In this document: positions 29,606 through 38,427 of the stretch, one piece after another
How positions within the stretch are numbered: position 1 is the stretch's first letter
Layout: every line of letters begins with the position of its first letter
NCBI GenBank assembly: GCA_965208675.1
Contig: OZ242351.1
Coordinates: forward strand, 3,808,001-3,872,000
Length of the DNA: 64,000 nt
Source of the DNA: Candidatus Poribacteria bacterium
Lineage (GTDB): Bacteria; Poribacteria; WGA-4E; PCPOR2b
Direction: 5' to 3'
Made by a program: the position numbers and the translations under genes
Notes under the pieces: model-generated
Database searches by the model: none
Told to the model about the DNA's origin: nothing
The model's input: only the letters and a program-made list of their open reading frames with translations

Positions 29606-30301
29606 ATGAAGTCAATCAAAGAAAAACTGGCGTATTTAATCAGTGGCGGGCTACTCGTCGCGGTCGGCGTGACACTGTCTCCAGTCACCGCGCAAAAAGA
29701 TAAATTCGGTGAGATTGAATGCACGAAGCTTACGGTCGTTGATGCCAACGGCAAAGCTAGGGTGAAGCTCGATGAATTCGGGGTTAAGTGTATTGAGGGG
29801 TTGGGGTTTCTTCTCGTTGATGCGGATGGCAACCTGTTGGGCCAAATGTCAAGAGGCGGACAGGGCGGGTATGTCGGCGTCTATGGCAAGGATGGTGAAT
29901 CGCACGTGTTGATCGGTATCGAACCAGGTGGCGGTTTGGTGCAAGTTACTAGCAATGGGGGTGAATCGCAAACGAGGCTCGGTTTCTCCGGATACGGTGG
30001 GCATGTCAAAATCTATAGCGACAAAGCTAGGATTCCGACGGTGTCGCTCATGACTGATGAGCACGGCGGGAGAGTCAAGGCCTATGACAAAAAAGGGCTA
30101 TTTGGGGTGGAGCTTGATATCGATGAACATGGGGGCAGTGTCACTGCCAGTGGAAAGAATGGCCAATCCATGCTCAGTATCGGTGAACACGGTGGTCGTG
30201 TGGACGTAAGAGGCAAAGGCGATGGCAAGGCTGCCATGGGTGTGAATGAATACGGCAACGGCGCGGTGTCCACTTTTGACAAAAACGGTTACAGGCAGTA
30301 A
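29606..30301 (+). CDS. EHGG/GKDG beta-repeat exported protein, member 5
   Basis: N-terminus nearly identical to member 4; tail GVNEYGNGAVSTFDKNGYRQ. Confidence 0.85.
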   Translation: MKSIKEKLAYLISGGLLVAVGVTLSPVTAQKDKFGEIECTKLTVVDANGKARVKLDEFGVKCIEGLGFLLVDADGNLLGQMSRGGQGGYVGVYGKDGESHVLIGIEPGGGLVQVTSNGGESQTRLGFSGYGGHVKIYSDKARIPTVSLMTDEHGGRVKAYDKKGLFGVELDIDEHGGSVTASGKNGQSMLSIGEHGGRVDVRGKGDGKAAMGVNEYGNGAVSTFDKNGYRQ

Positions 30302-30482
30302 CCCCATTTGTTTGGACACGAAATGCGGGACGTGATTGGAAATGTATGTGCGGGGGTTATAGCGCTTGTTGAAATTGTACTTGTGGCTTGTGTTATACTA
30401 TCGCCGATAGCATTTGTGGTTTTTGTTGATAACTATTGTGGAATCTTTTAACTCATCTAATTTCTTAGGAGGATTAAAACCT

Positions 30483-30584
30483 ATGAAATGTTTGTTTTGT
30501 GTTTTCATTGGTTTGGTGATTGCATGGTTGCTGTATGTTATTATGGATTTTTTAAGCAGAGTGCACATGCCCATGTTGAGTTGA
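30483..30584 (+). CDS. 33-aa single-TM small protein (below ORF-track cutoff)
   Basis: AGGAGG RBS; MKCLFCVFIGLVIAWLLYVIMDFLSRVHMPMLS; TGnTATACT at 30391-30399. Confidence 0.5.
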   Translation: MKCLFCVFIGLVIAWLLYVIMDFLSRVHMPMLS

Positions 30585-30673
30585 TAAACCTGACACATTA
30601 TCAACGCGTTATACATAAATTCCGATTGTGGCGGGGGACGAATATGTGAACTTGCCCCCAATGTTTAGACAGT

Positions 30674-31040
30674 TCTTGTAGGTTGGGTTAAGCGGAGTAA
30701 ATGCGAGAGCGTAAGATGTTGAATGAGATTTGGTAAAATGAAGTTGTTTGGAATTAGTTAAGACGTAGCGAACCCAACGCTTCTCGTTAATTGCGAGGCG
30801 TTCAGGTCATCGCGAACCATGCGGAATTACAAAAAACGTTGGGATCAACTGAGCGAATAACGAAGGATCAAGCGACTGAATAGGGAGCGCGATAGTCCTG
30901 TCCATTTTTTTTGCTTCTTCGTACGACGAAAAGTGTTGGGTAACGCTCCGCGCATCGGATTCTGCACGTCGTTAGGTTTCCAGAGCGCAACATAAAATTG
31001 TACGCCATCTGGTGAAGACCGCTCAACCCAACCTACAAGA
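30674..31040. mobile_element. Non-coding MITE/REPIN-like element, repeat family A full form
   Basis: 22-bp terminal inverted repeats with one mismatch: TCTTGTAGGTTGGGTTAAGCGG / CCGCTCAACCCAACCTACAAGA. Confidence 0.7.
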
Positions 31041-31059
31041 GCTAGCGAGAGCATTCCCA

Positions 31060-31320
31060 TCAGGTATCTTCCCGTTCTTTAACAAGTGCTCCCTCTTTAA
31101 CGACATAGTGCGGTATTTCAGCAATAAAGTGCTGTTCCTCTATTGCCTCCCTCAAACGTTCCAAACGTTCTTCGGCTTCCTCACGCGTATCGCACGGCAA
31201 ATCTACATAATTGCCATCTATCGTCCTAATTCGAATTGTCGGAAAATCAATCCGAATACTTCTAATAGCATCTACATTCAGATAAAAATCGCCGTTTATT
31301 GCTTCAATTTTCAAAAACAC
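31060..31320 (-). CDS. Small hypothetical protein
   Basis: GTG start after GAAGGGGGG; 86 aa; FYLNVDAIRSI pattern typical of small beta-fold proteins. Confidence 0.6.
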   Translation of the reverse strand: MFLKIEAINGDFYLNVDAIRSIRIDFPTIRIRTIDGNYVDLPCDTREEAEERLERLREAIEEQHFIAEIPHYVVKEGALVKEREDT

Positions 31321-31342
31321 AACAGCCCCCCTTCTACACTAG

Positions 31343-31490
31343 TGGCGAGACAGACCGACCGGCAATTTTCGGGGAATGCACTATCCTTTGTCGGCAGTCG
31401 GGTGTCCCGCCATAAGTTGACGGCGAGATAGCTTGGCAAAGGAAGAAAAGGGACAGGACCAAACCCTGTCAAAAAACCGAGCATCTCGCC
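31343..31490. other. Two adjacent long imperfect stem-loops; candidate structured RNA
   Basis: TGGCGAGACA/TGTCCCGCCA with CCGAC/GTCGG; GGCGAGAT/ATCTCGCC with GCTTGG/CCGAGC and GACAGG/CCTGTC. Confidence 0.45.
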
Positions 31491-31508
31491 TCAAGATTGA
31501 AAACAGTT

Positions 31509-31748
31509 TTTGCAGGTTGAGTTTAGCCTACGGCGAAACCCGACGATCAACTGAATAGTTTTCTGCAATCACCGGTCAAAGATACTATTTAAATTATCAA
31601 AAAAAGGTTGTGTTGTGCTTCACCCACACAAATCTTAAAGTCAAACAACATAACAACCACATGCGCCAAACCAAAAAAGTTTTGATTAACGGGGAAAACT
31701 ATCGCTTTCGCTATCCGCTCAGTTAATCGCTCAACCCAACCTACAAGA
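31509..31748. repeat. Degenerate family A element at the accessory/core boundary
   Basis: Right end CGCTCAACCCAACCTACAAGA preceded by a reversed internal unit; decayed left end TTTGCAGGTTGAGTTTAGC. Confidence 0.6.
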
Positions 31749-31781
31749 GCTGGGATGGCTTTGCGTTCCGTTCTCTATATT

Positions 31782-33317
31782 TCAGCCTTCGTAGCGAAGG
31801 TGGACGATTTTGTTGATTGCGTCAATGTAGGCTTTTGCGCTTGCTACGATGATGTCAATACTGGCGCCATGACCAACAATCATTCGTCCGTTGTCCTGCA
31901 CTTTAATCGTGACTTCACCGATGGCATCCTTCCCCTCGGTTACGGAGCGGATGCGGTAGTCCGTGAGGGTGAGCGGCATCTTGACGATGCGGTCGATGGC
32001 TTTATAGGCGGCGTCGACGGGGCCATTACCGGTGGAGGCTTCCTCAAAAACCCCGTCTTCCGTTCGGACGGCTACGGTTGTCGTCGAAGAAATTTTCGTG
32101 CCACTGACAATTTGAATGTGCTCAATTTGGTAGGCTTCGGGAATTGAGCGAACCTCGTCTCTCATGATAGCCTCAAGGTCCGCATCGTGGACGGCTTTCT
32201 TCTTATCTGCGACGACGAGAAAGCGTTCGTAGATTTTGTCGAGTTGCTCGGGTGTAGTCTCATAGCCGAGTTCATGGAGGCGGTGCCTGAGTGCGTTGCG
32301 TCCGGATCTCGGGCTAAGGATAATCTGGCTCTCCTGCCAGCCGACATCTGACGGATCAATAATCTCGAAGGTATCTCGCTGCTTGATAACGCCATCCTGA
32401 TGAATGCCAGAACTATGCGCGAAGGCATTGGCGCCAACGATGGCTTTGTTCGGTTGAACAGGTATTCCCATTGTCCGGCTAACACGGCGGCTTATCGGTA
32501 CGATTTCTTTCGTATTGATGTCGGTGTAGTAGGCGCCAAAATAGTCTCTGCGTGTGCGGATTGCCATCACAATCTCCTCCAGCGATGTGTTGCCGGCGCG
32601 TTCTCCAAGTCCGTTCATTGTGCATTCCACCTGCCTTGCCCCTCTTTCAATGGCTTCGAGACTATTGGCAACGGCGAGCCCGAGGTCGTTATGGCAGTGT
32701 ACGCTGATGATTGCTTCATCAATGTTCGGCACATTCGCTTTGATGTCCGAAATGAGTTGTCCGAATTCAGCGGGGACAGTCCAACCCACCGTTTCGGGGA
32801 TATTCACGATTGTTGCACCCGCCGCAATCGTCGCCTCGACCACTTCATACAGATAGCTCAACTCCGTGCGGCCTGCGTCCATCGGCGAAAATTCAACGAC
32901 TGCATCGGGGTGGCCGGCAGACAGACTCTTCGCGTAGACGACTGCATCAACTGCCATTTTCAGCGTTTCTTCGGGTGATGTCCGCGTGATACGTTCCCTA
33001 TGAATTGGGGATGTTCCCACAAAGGTGTGGATGCGAGGCTTTGATGCGTCCTTAATCGCGCCCCAGGCAGCGGTAATATCCTTTTCTATCACTCGTGAAA
33101 GCCCACAAATTTCGGGCCCTTCAACCTCGTTGGCAATTCGCTTGACCGCATCAAAATCGCCGGGTGATGAGACAGGGAAACCCGCTTCAATGATGTCGAC
33201 ATTCAGTTTCGCTAGGTGTTTGGCAATTTCTAACTTTTCCTCAAAATTCAGTGCGGCGCCGGGGGTCTGCTCTGCATCTCGAAGAGTTGTATCAAAAATG
33301 TAAACTTTCTCAGACAC
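31782..33317 (-). CDS. leuA: 2-isopropylmalate synthase
   Basis: IFDTTLRD.EQ, HCHNDLG, GLGERAGN, NAF.HSSGIHQDG, GNGPVDA regulatory domain; GTG start with GGAG. Confidence 0.95.
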   Translation of the reverse strand: MSEKVYIFDTTLRDAEQTPGAALNFEEKLEIAKHLAKLNVDIIEAGFPVSSPGDFDAVKRIANEVEGPEICGLSRVIEKDITAAWGAIKDASKPRIHTFVGTSPIHRERITRTSPEETLKMAVDAVVYAKSLSAGHPDAVVEFSPMDAGRTELSYLYEVVEATIAAGATIVNIPETVGWTVPAEFGQLISDIKANVPNIDEAIISVHCHNDLGLAVANSLEAIERGARQVECTMNGLGERAGNTSLEEIVMAIRTRRDYFGAYYTDINTKEIVPISRRVSRTMGIPVQPNKAIVGANAFAHSSGIHQDGVIKQRDTFEIIDPSDVGWQESQIILSPRSGRNALRHRLHELGYETTPEQLDKIYERFLVVADKKKAVHDADLEAIMRDEVRSIPEAYQIEHIQIVSGTKISSTTTVAVRTEDGVFEEASTGNGPVDAAYKAIDRIVKMPLTLTDYRIRSVTEGKDAIGEVTIKVQDNGRMIVGHGASIDIIVASAKAYIDAINKIVHLRYEG

Positions 33318-33524
33318 TGTGTGATTCTCCTGTTTTGTGATTGTGTGATGTTTAGTACGATGTTCTATCGATTTTAGATTGGCTTCAGCGTTACGTAAAT
33401 CCGGTTCTTCGGTAGCCTTCAACCCCACTCTCATCACCTCCTCCCGTGATGCGTGATAGGCAGTGCCAGTGGCTCGTGCCCTGTTGCTAGTAGAAGCGTT
33501 TCTGCTGACCACCGGTCACTGATT

Positions 33525-34598
33525 TTAAACTCTAGCCAAGTTTTTATGTGCTTCCTTAAGCAAAGATGCGGTTGTTTGCAAATCGATGCAACTGTCAGTG
33601 ACAGAAACGCCGTACTCAAGCTCGGATGGATCAAAGCCAGTTAAGTCCGAAGGTATTTTCTGACTTCCAGCATTGATGTTTGATTCTAGCATGAATCCCA
33701 CAATTCCATCATTGCCGTCCCGAACCTGCCTCAACACTTCCTGAAAAACAATTGGTTGATTTCTATAGTCTTTCTCCGAATTTCCGTGGCTACAATCAAT
33801 TACGACGTTTGGCGGCAGATTTGCCTGTGTCAGCATCTGTTGAACATGCTCGATGCTTTGCGCATCATAATTTGAGTTGTTGCTGCCGCCTCTCATTACA
33901 ATATGTGTATATTGATTGCCCTTTGTCCGTACAATAGATGCATCGCCGGTTTCATCGATTCCCAAGAAAGTGTGTTCATGTTTCGTGGATAAAATCGCAT
34001 TAACAGCGACAGCGATGTCGCCGTGAGTGCTATTTTTGAAGCCGACCGGCATTGAAAGACCGGAAGCAAGTTGTCTATGTTGCGGTGACTCGGTTGTTCG
34101 CGCACCAATCGCCGCCCACGAAATTAAATCCGAATTGTATTGAGGTGTGAACGCCTCCAAATATTCAGTGGCACATGGCAGACCGATTTCAAGAACATCC
34201 ATGAGAATTCTTCTTGAGAGATGCAACCCGTCCTTGATATGCCCGCCTTCGTTCAGATAAGGGTCGTAGATTAAGCCCTTCCAGCCTAGACTCGTACGAG
34301 GTTTTTCAAAATAACATCTCAAGATTATCACTAAATGGTCCGAAACGGCATCGGCAATTTCTTTTAAGCCCGCAGCATAGTCGCGTGCAGCCTTAGGGTC
34401 ATGGATCGAACATGGTCCCACAATGACGACCTTTCTGGGGTCAGTTCTGTCCAAGATATTTTTTATGCTTTTTCTTCCATGTTCCATTGCCGAAGCCATT
34501 GTGTCTGTTCTTGGAAGATCAGTTAGCAATTGCTTCGGACTCATTAAGGCATCATAGCTCTTGATATTTTGGTCAATCGCACCGTTTTTTTCTGCCAC
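33525..34598 (-). CDS. aroF: 3-deoxy-7-phosphoheptulonate (DAHP) synthase, class I-alpha
   Basis: GPCSIHD, YFEKPRT, IGARTTES, GFKN, DCSHGNS, YGVSVTD.C; isoenzyme (aroF/G/H) cannot be resolved. Confidence 0.9.
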   Translation of the reverse strand: MAEKNGAIDQNIKSYDALMSPKQLLTDLPRTDTMASAMEHGRKSIKNILDRTDPRKVVIVGPCSIHDPKAARDYAAGLKEIADAVSDHLVIILRCYFEKPRTSLGWKGLIYDPYLNEGGHIKDGLHLSRRILMDVLEIGLPCATEYLEAFTPQYNSDLISWAAIGARTTESPQHRQLASGLSMPVGFKNSTHGDIAVAVNAILSTKHEHTFLGIDETGDASIVRTKGNQYTHIVMRGGSNNSNYDAQSIEHVQQMLTQANLPPNVVIDCSHGNSEKDYRNQPIVFQEVLRQVRDGNDGIVGFMLESNINAGSQKIPSDLTGFDPSELEYGVSVTDSCIDLQTTASLLKEAHKNLARV

Positions 34599-34649
34599 CG
34601 CTGCTTCCTCCGAATTTCCATGTAGTAGTCTTCGATACCGATATGTCTT

Positions 34650-34695
34650 GAAAATAAAAACGCCCACCACCGAGTTTTTGTTTCGATGATGGGCG
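34650..34695 (-). terminator. Attenuator terminator upstream of DAHP synthase
   Basis: - strand CGCCCATCATCGA / TCGGTGGTGGGCG stem (G-U pairs) followed by TTTTTATTTT. Confidence 0.8.
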
Positions 34696-34722
34696 ATTAT
34701 CAATCATTGAATGCTGGATTTT

Positions 34723-34875
34723 CTATGGCTCCTCCATTATCTCAGCTAGCCCACCACCGCAGCGTAAGTACAACAAAAACGTGAAAAGAACGAAGGAATA
34801 AAGATAAACCGTGTATGATGCGCCACTACTGTTGACATGGTTTTCCCGGACGGTGAGCGGTTGCATATTGAGCAT
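34723..34875 (-). CDS. Overlapping alternative leader peptide rich in Tyr/Phe/Leu
   Basis: AGGAAG RBS; MLNMQPLTVRENHVNSSGASYTVYLYSFVLFTFLLYLRCGGGLAEIMEEP*. Confidence 0.4.
   Translation of the reverse strand: MLNMQPLTVRENHVNSSGASYTVYLYSFVLFTFLLYLRCGGGLAEIMEEP
34746..34838 (-). CDS. Phe-rich leader peptide (attenuator)
   Basis: MSTVVAHHTRFIFIPSFFSRFCCTYAAVVG*; its 3' end CGGTGGTGGGC can pair with the terminator 5' arm. Confidence 0.6.
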   Translation of the reverse strand: MSTVVAHHTRFIFIPSFFSRFCCTYAAVVG

Positions 34876-35018
34876 GTTCTTGTCTTCCTATGTTTGCTCC
34901 GGGGTAGTTTTCAGACCGCGCTACCCCAACATTTTGCGCTATCGATTGGTTCAATAAAACTGTAAACGCCGCAAAGGGCGAACTTCCTCTACGAACTTGA
35001 TACTCTTGAGTAAACCAT

Positions 35019-35090
35019 ATCTTAACAAACGTATTCGCAAGATGTCAAGGGAATTTTCGGTTGACAACCTTTTTTTCTAGGTGTTATAGT
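35019..35090. promoter_or_regulatory. Back-to-back divergent sigma70 promoters (aro leader / serA)
   Basis: - strand TTGACA-18-TAAGAT; + strand TTGACA(35061)-18-TATAGT with TGn extension. Confidence 0.6.
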
Positions 35091-35128
35091 TACTTCACAC
35101 CATCTATCTGATTTGGAGGCACTGTAAT

Positions 35129-36712
35129 TTGAGAATTCTGGTCAGCGATTCGCTGTCGCAGCAAGGTTTGGACCTGCTATCAAAAGAAGAGGATTTTGAA
35201 GTCGATTTCAAAACGAACCTCATCCCGGATGAATTGGTAGAACGAATTGGAGATTATGATGCACTGATTATTCGAAGCGCAACAAAGGTGACGGACAAGG
35301 TTATCGAAGCAGCGAATCGTTTAAAAGTTATCGGGCGCGCTGGCGTCGGTGTAGACAATATCGAGTTGGACGCGGCAACACGGCGCGGCGTCCTCGTCGT
35401 CAATACGCCCGCAGGAAATACGATTTCCGCAGCGGAACACACGCTTACGCTAATGCTTGCCCTTTCGCGTAGAATTCTTTCCGCAGGTATTTCCCTCAGA
35501 AACGGCGAATGGATGCGCAGCAGATTTACCGGTGTTGAACTGTATGGTAAAGTTCTTGGCGTGATGGGATTAGGCCGAATCGGTTCCGAAGTAATTCGCC
35601 GCGCTCAGGCATTCGGCATGGAAACTATAGCATTTGACCCGTATATAACGTCTGGAGCCGCGGAGAAACAAGGTATACGCTTGGTGAAACGTGACAATCT
35701 GTTCGAGGAGGCGGATTATATCTCAGTCCATATCCCGCTTACCCCGGAGACATACCATAGTATTGGCGAACGTGAATTTTCGTTGATGAAGTCGGAATGC
35801 AGGCTAATTAACACAGCACGCGGCGGTATTATTGACGAAGATGAACTTTATAAGGCATTAAAGGCGGGACTCATTGCGGGAGCCGCACTTGATGTGTTTG
35901 AGGAAGAACCGCCCACTCGCAATCCGTTGCTAGTGTTAGACAATGTGTTAATGACGCCCCATTTAGGCGCATCAACTGCCGAAGCGCAGGTTCATGTTTC
36001 CGTTGAGGTTGCTCAGCAGGTGATTAATGCTTTGCGCGGGCTCCCTGTGTCAGGGGCAGTTAATCTCCCGAAAATGGATTGGCAGACAATCGAAGTTTTT
36101 GACCCTTATCTTACACTTGCAGAGAAGATTGGCAGCTTCCACGCGCAAATTGTCGACGGCCAAATTTCCGAAATAAATATTCATTACACCGGTAGTCTCT
36201 TTGATGAGACGGACGTTTCACTCATCACTGTGTCCCTTCAAAAGGGGTTGCTAACACCGGTACTACAAACGAACGTTAACTATGTGAACGCGCCATTCTT
36301 CATCAAACAACGCGGCATTCGGATTATCGAAACGAAAAGCAGAACGGATGGGAGTTTTGCAAACGCGATTTCGGTCACTGTCGTGACTGACCAGGGCGAG
36401 CGCGTTATCGAAGGTACTTCATTCGGACATCAGGAAGCGCGAATTGTACGTATAGATCAACATCATGTAAATGTAAAGCCCGGTGGTTACATGGTTTTGC
36501 TCTACAATAAAGACCAACCGGGGATGATTGGATTAGTGGGCACAATTTTGGGTGAAAATAATATCAATATTGCAGATATGACCGTTGGACGTTCAGAGGT
36601 CGGAGATCTTGCAGTTACAATTATTAACGTAGATAGCCCGGTTCCTCGTGATGTGCTTCAACACATTGAAAACCGTGATGAAATCTCATTCGTCAAACAG
36701 GTAAAGCTTTAG
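35129..36712 (+). CDS. serA: D-3-phosphoglycerate dehydrogenase with C-terminal ACT domain
   Basis: RAGVGVDNI, GLGRIG, INTARGGI, TPHLGAST.EAQ, D.PGMIG. Confidence 0.95.
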   Translation: MRILVSDSLSQQGLDLLSKEEDFEVDFKTNLIPDELVERIGDYDALIIRSATKVTDKVIEAANRLKVIGRAGVGVDNIELDAATRRGVLVVNTPAGNTISAAEHTLTLMLALSRRILSAGISLRNGEWMRSRFTGVELYGKVLGVMGLGRIGSEVIRRAQAFGMETIAFDPYITSGAAEKQGIRLVKRDNLFEEADYISVHIPLTPETYHSIGEREFSLMKSECRLINTARGGIIDEDELYKALKAGLIAGAALDVFEEEPPTRNPLLVLDNVLMTPHLGASTAEAQVHVSVEVAQQVINALRGLPVSGAVNLPKMDWQTIEVFDPYLTLAEKIGSFHAQIVDGQISEINIHYTGSLFDETDVSLITVSLQKGLLTPVLQTNVNYVNAPFFIKQRGIRIIETKSRTDGSFANAISVTVVTDQGERVIEGTSFGHQEARIVRIDQHHVNVKPGGYMVLLYNKDQPGMIGLVGTILGENNINIADMTVGRSEVGDLAVTIINVDSPVPRDVLQHIENRDEISFVKQVKL

Positions 36713-36792
36713 ATTTACCCGTGTAACATTGTATGACTTTGGGAGAGATGTGTCGACAGCCAAAACTTTGTTTAATGGACTCAGAATAGGTA

Positions 36793-38259
36793 ATGTACCG
36801 TTGGGGCGCCTACCGCGGTGAAGGGCGCCAAGCAAGGAGTGTGAGTTTGGATTCCGATGAAAAGTGTTTGTTTATCAATAGTCAAATACCAAAGGGAGGT
36901 TTATTTACTGGAGAAAAAAACGTAATTCATTCGGATAGTAACATACCATGGCGGTTGTCGCCGGAACCCTTCTGGCTTTCTCCGGCGGAATTGGAGTGGT
37001 TTGAGAAGCTAGGAGTTCATTTGTTGGATTTTTATCGAGTGTGTAATCTATTATACTCGCAAAGTGTGCGGGGTATTCAGCCAGAATGGGTTGCGGCGTA
37101 CCTCGATCAAGGGAAACCGGAACCGGTAGTCAATTATGGCAAAATGAACCGCATTAAGAGCCAATTCCCACAAGTCATCCGACCCGATGTGTTATCCACG
37201 GAAAATGGCATGATTATCGCCGAACTCGATTCCGTACCCGGCGGCATGGGATTCACTGGCAATTTAGCCATGCAGTACGCCAAACTCGATTACGACATTG
37301 TTGGCGGAAGCATTGGCATGGTTCTTGGTTTTGCGGAAATGATTAAATCTCTTACGAAACACGAACGTCCAACGCTGGCAATCGTCGTCTCAGAAGAGTC
37401 CAAAGATTATTGGGACGAAATGAAGTGGTTTGAGTCGGCACTTCGCGAAATTCCATTGGATGTTTACACGGTCAAACCTAACGATGTCCTCTTCACGGAA
37501 CATGGACTTTTTCTGGAATCCTGTCATAGTAAGGTAAAAATTGATGTGCTCTACCGCTTCTTTGAACTGTTCGACCTGAAGAACATCCCGAAAGCCGAGT
37601 TGATGCTCTACGGCGCAAAGAAAAGAACGGTTGTCATGACGCCCCCGCCGAAAGTGTACCTCGAGGAGAAATTACTTTTCGCTCTGTTCCACCATCCTAC
37701 ATTGCAGCCGTTCTGGCGCCGAGAACTTAGTAAAGAATCTTACGAATTGCTAACGAACCTCATTCCACAAACATGGGTGCTTGATCCCCGCGAATTGCCG
37801 CCCCATGCAATAATTCCGAATCTTGAGATTGATGGGATGCCCGTTACCAATTGGCGGCAGATTACCCCCGTGACACAGCGTCAACGCCGGCTTGTGATTA
37901 AACCCTCAGGATTCTCGGAGTTGGCATGGGGGAGCCGCGGCGTTGTCATTGGACACGATCTGTCGACCGAAGATTGGGAGAAAGCTGTGGAGAACAGCTT
38001 AGCGAGTTTCCATCGAACGCCCTACATACTTCAACAGTTCCATAAGGCTAAACGTGTTCGGATGGAATACTACGATTTTAATACCGGTCAAGTGCGTGCT
38101 ATGGCAGGCAGAGCATTGCTTCGGCCCTACTATTTCATAACGGGGGAAAAGGTGCGCCTTGGTGGGATCCAGGCGAACATATGCCCCGCGGACAAAAAGT
38201 TGCTGCACGGCATGGTCGATTCAATCATTGTGCCTTGTGCGCTCAAGCCTGCTGCTTAG
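36793..38259 (+). CDS. ATP-grasp / glutathionylspermidine-synthase-like protein (start uncertain)
   Basis: IRPD, ELDSVPGG.G, YRFFELFD, EEK, VIKPSG...WGSRGV, ILQ.F. Confidence 0.6.
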   Translation: MYRWGAYRGEGRQARSVSLDSDEKCLFINSQIPKGGLFTGEKNVIHSDSNIPWRLSPEPFWLSPAELEWFEKLGVHLLDFYRVCNLLYSQSVRGIQPEWVAAYLDQGKPEPVVNYGKMNRIKSQFPQVIRPDVLSTENGMIIAELDSVPGGMGFTGNLAMQYAKLDYDIVGGSIGMVLGFAEMIKSLTKHERPTLAIVVSEESKDYWDEMKWFESALREIPLDVYTVKPNDVLFTEHGLFLESCHSKVKIDVLYRFFELFDLKNIPKAELMLYGAKKRTVVMTPPPKVYLEEKLLFALFHHPTLQPFWRRELSKESYELLTNLIPQTWVLDPRELPPHAIIPNLEIDGMPVTNWRQITPVTQRQRRLVIKPSGFSELAWGSRGVVIGHDLSTEDWEKAVENSLASFHRTPYILQQFHKAKRVRMEYYDFNTGQVRAMAGRALLRPYYFITGEKVRLGGIQANICPADKKLLHGMVDSIIVPCALKPAA

Positions 38260-38427
38260 CTCGCCAGGACTAATGCCGCCCACCGTGAATCCTAATTGGA
38301 AACAACATGAAATGAGTTGACAAGTGTTGATGTGGTCGCGTCTTATGCGAATGGTGCGGGTGTCAGACTGTCAATTCCTGCACCCGTCAATTATTCCACT
38401 GTTTCACTTTACCTCTAAAACATAAGG

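Noticed and set aside
22900-31400. Complete prophage
   Set aside because: Only a terminase is recognisable; no portal, capsid, tail, lysis or integrase genes
2700-31750. Integron with attC cassettes
   Set aside because: The repeats lack clear RYYYAAC/GTTRRRY attC boxes, several genes have their own promoters, and there is no intI
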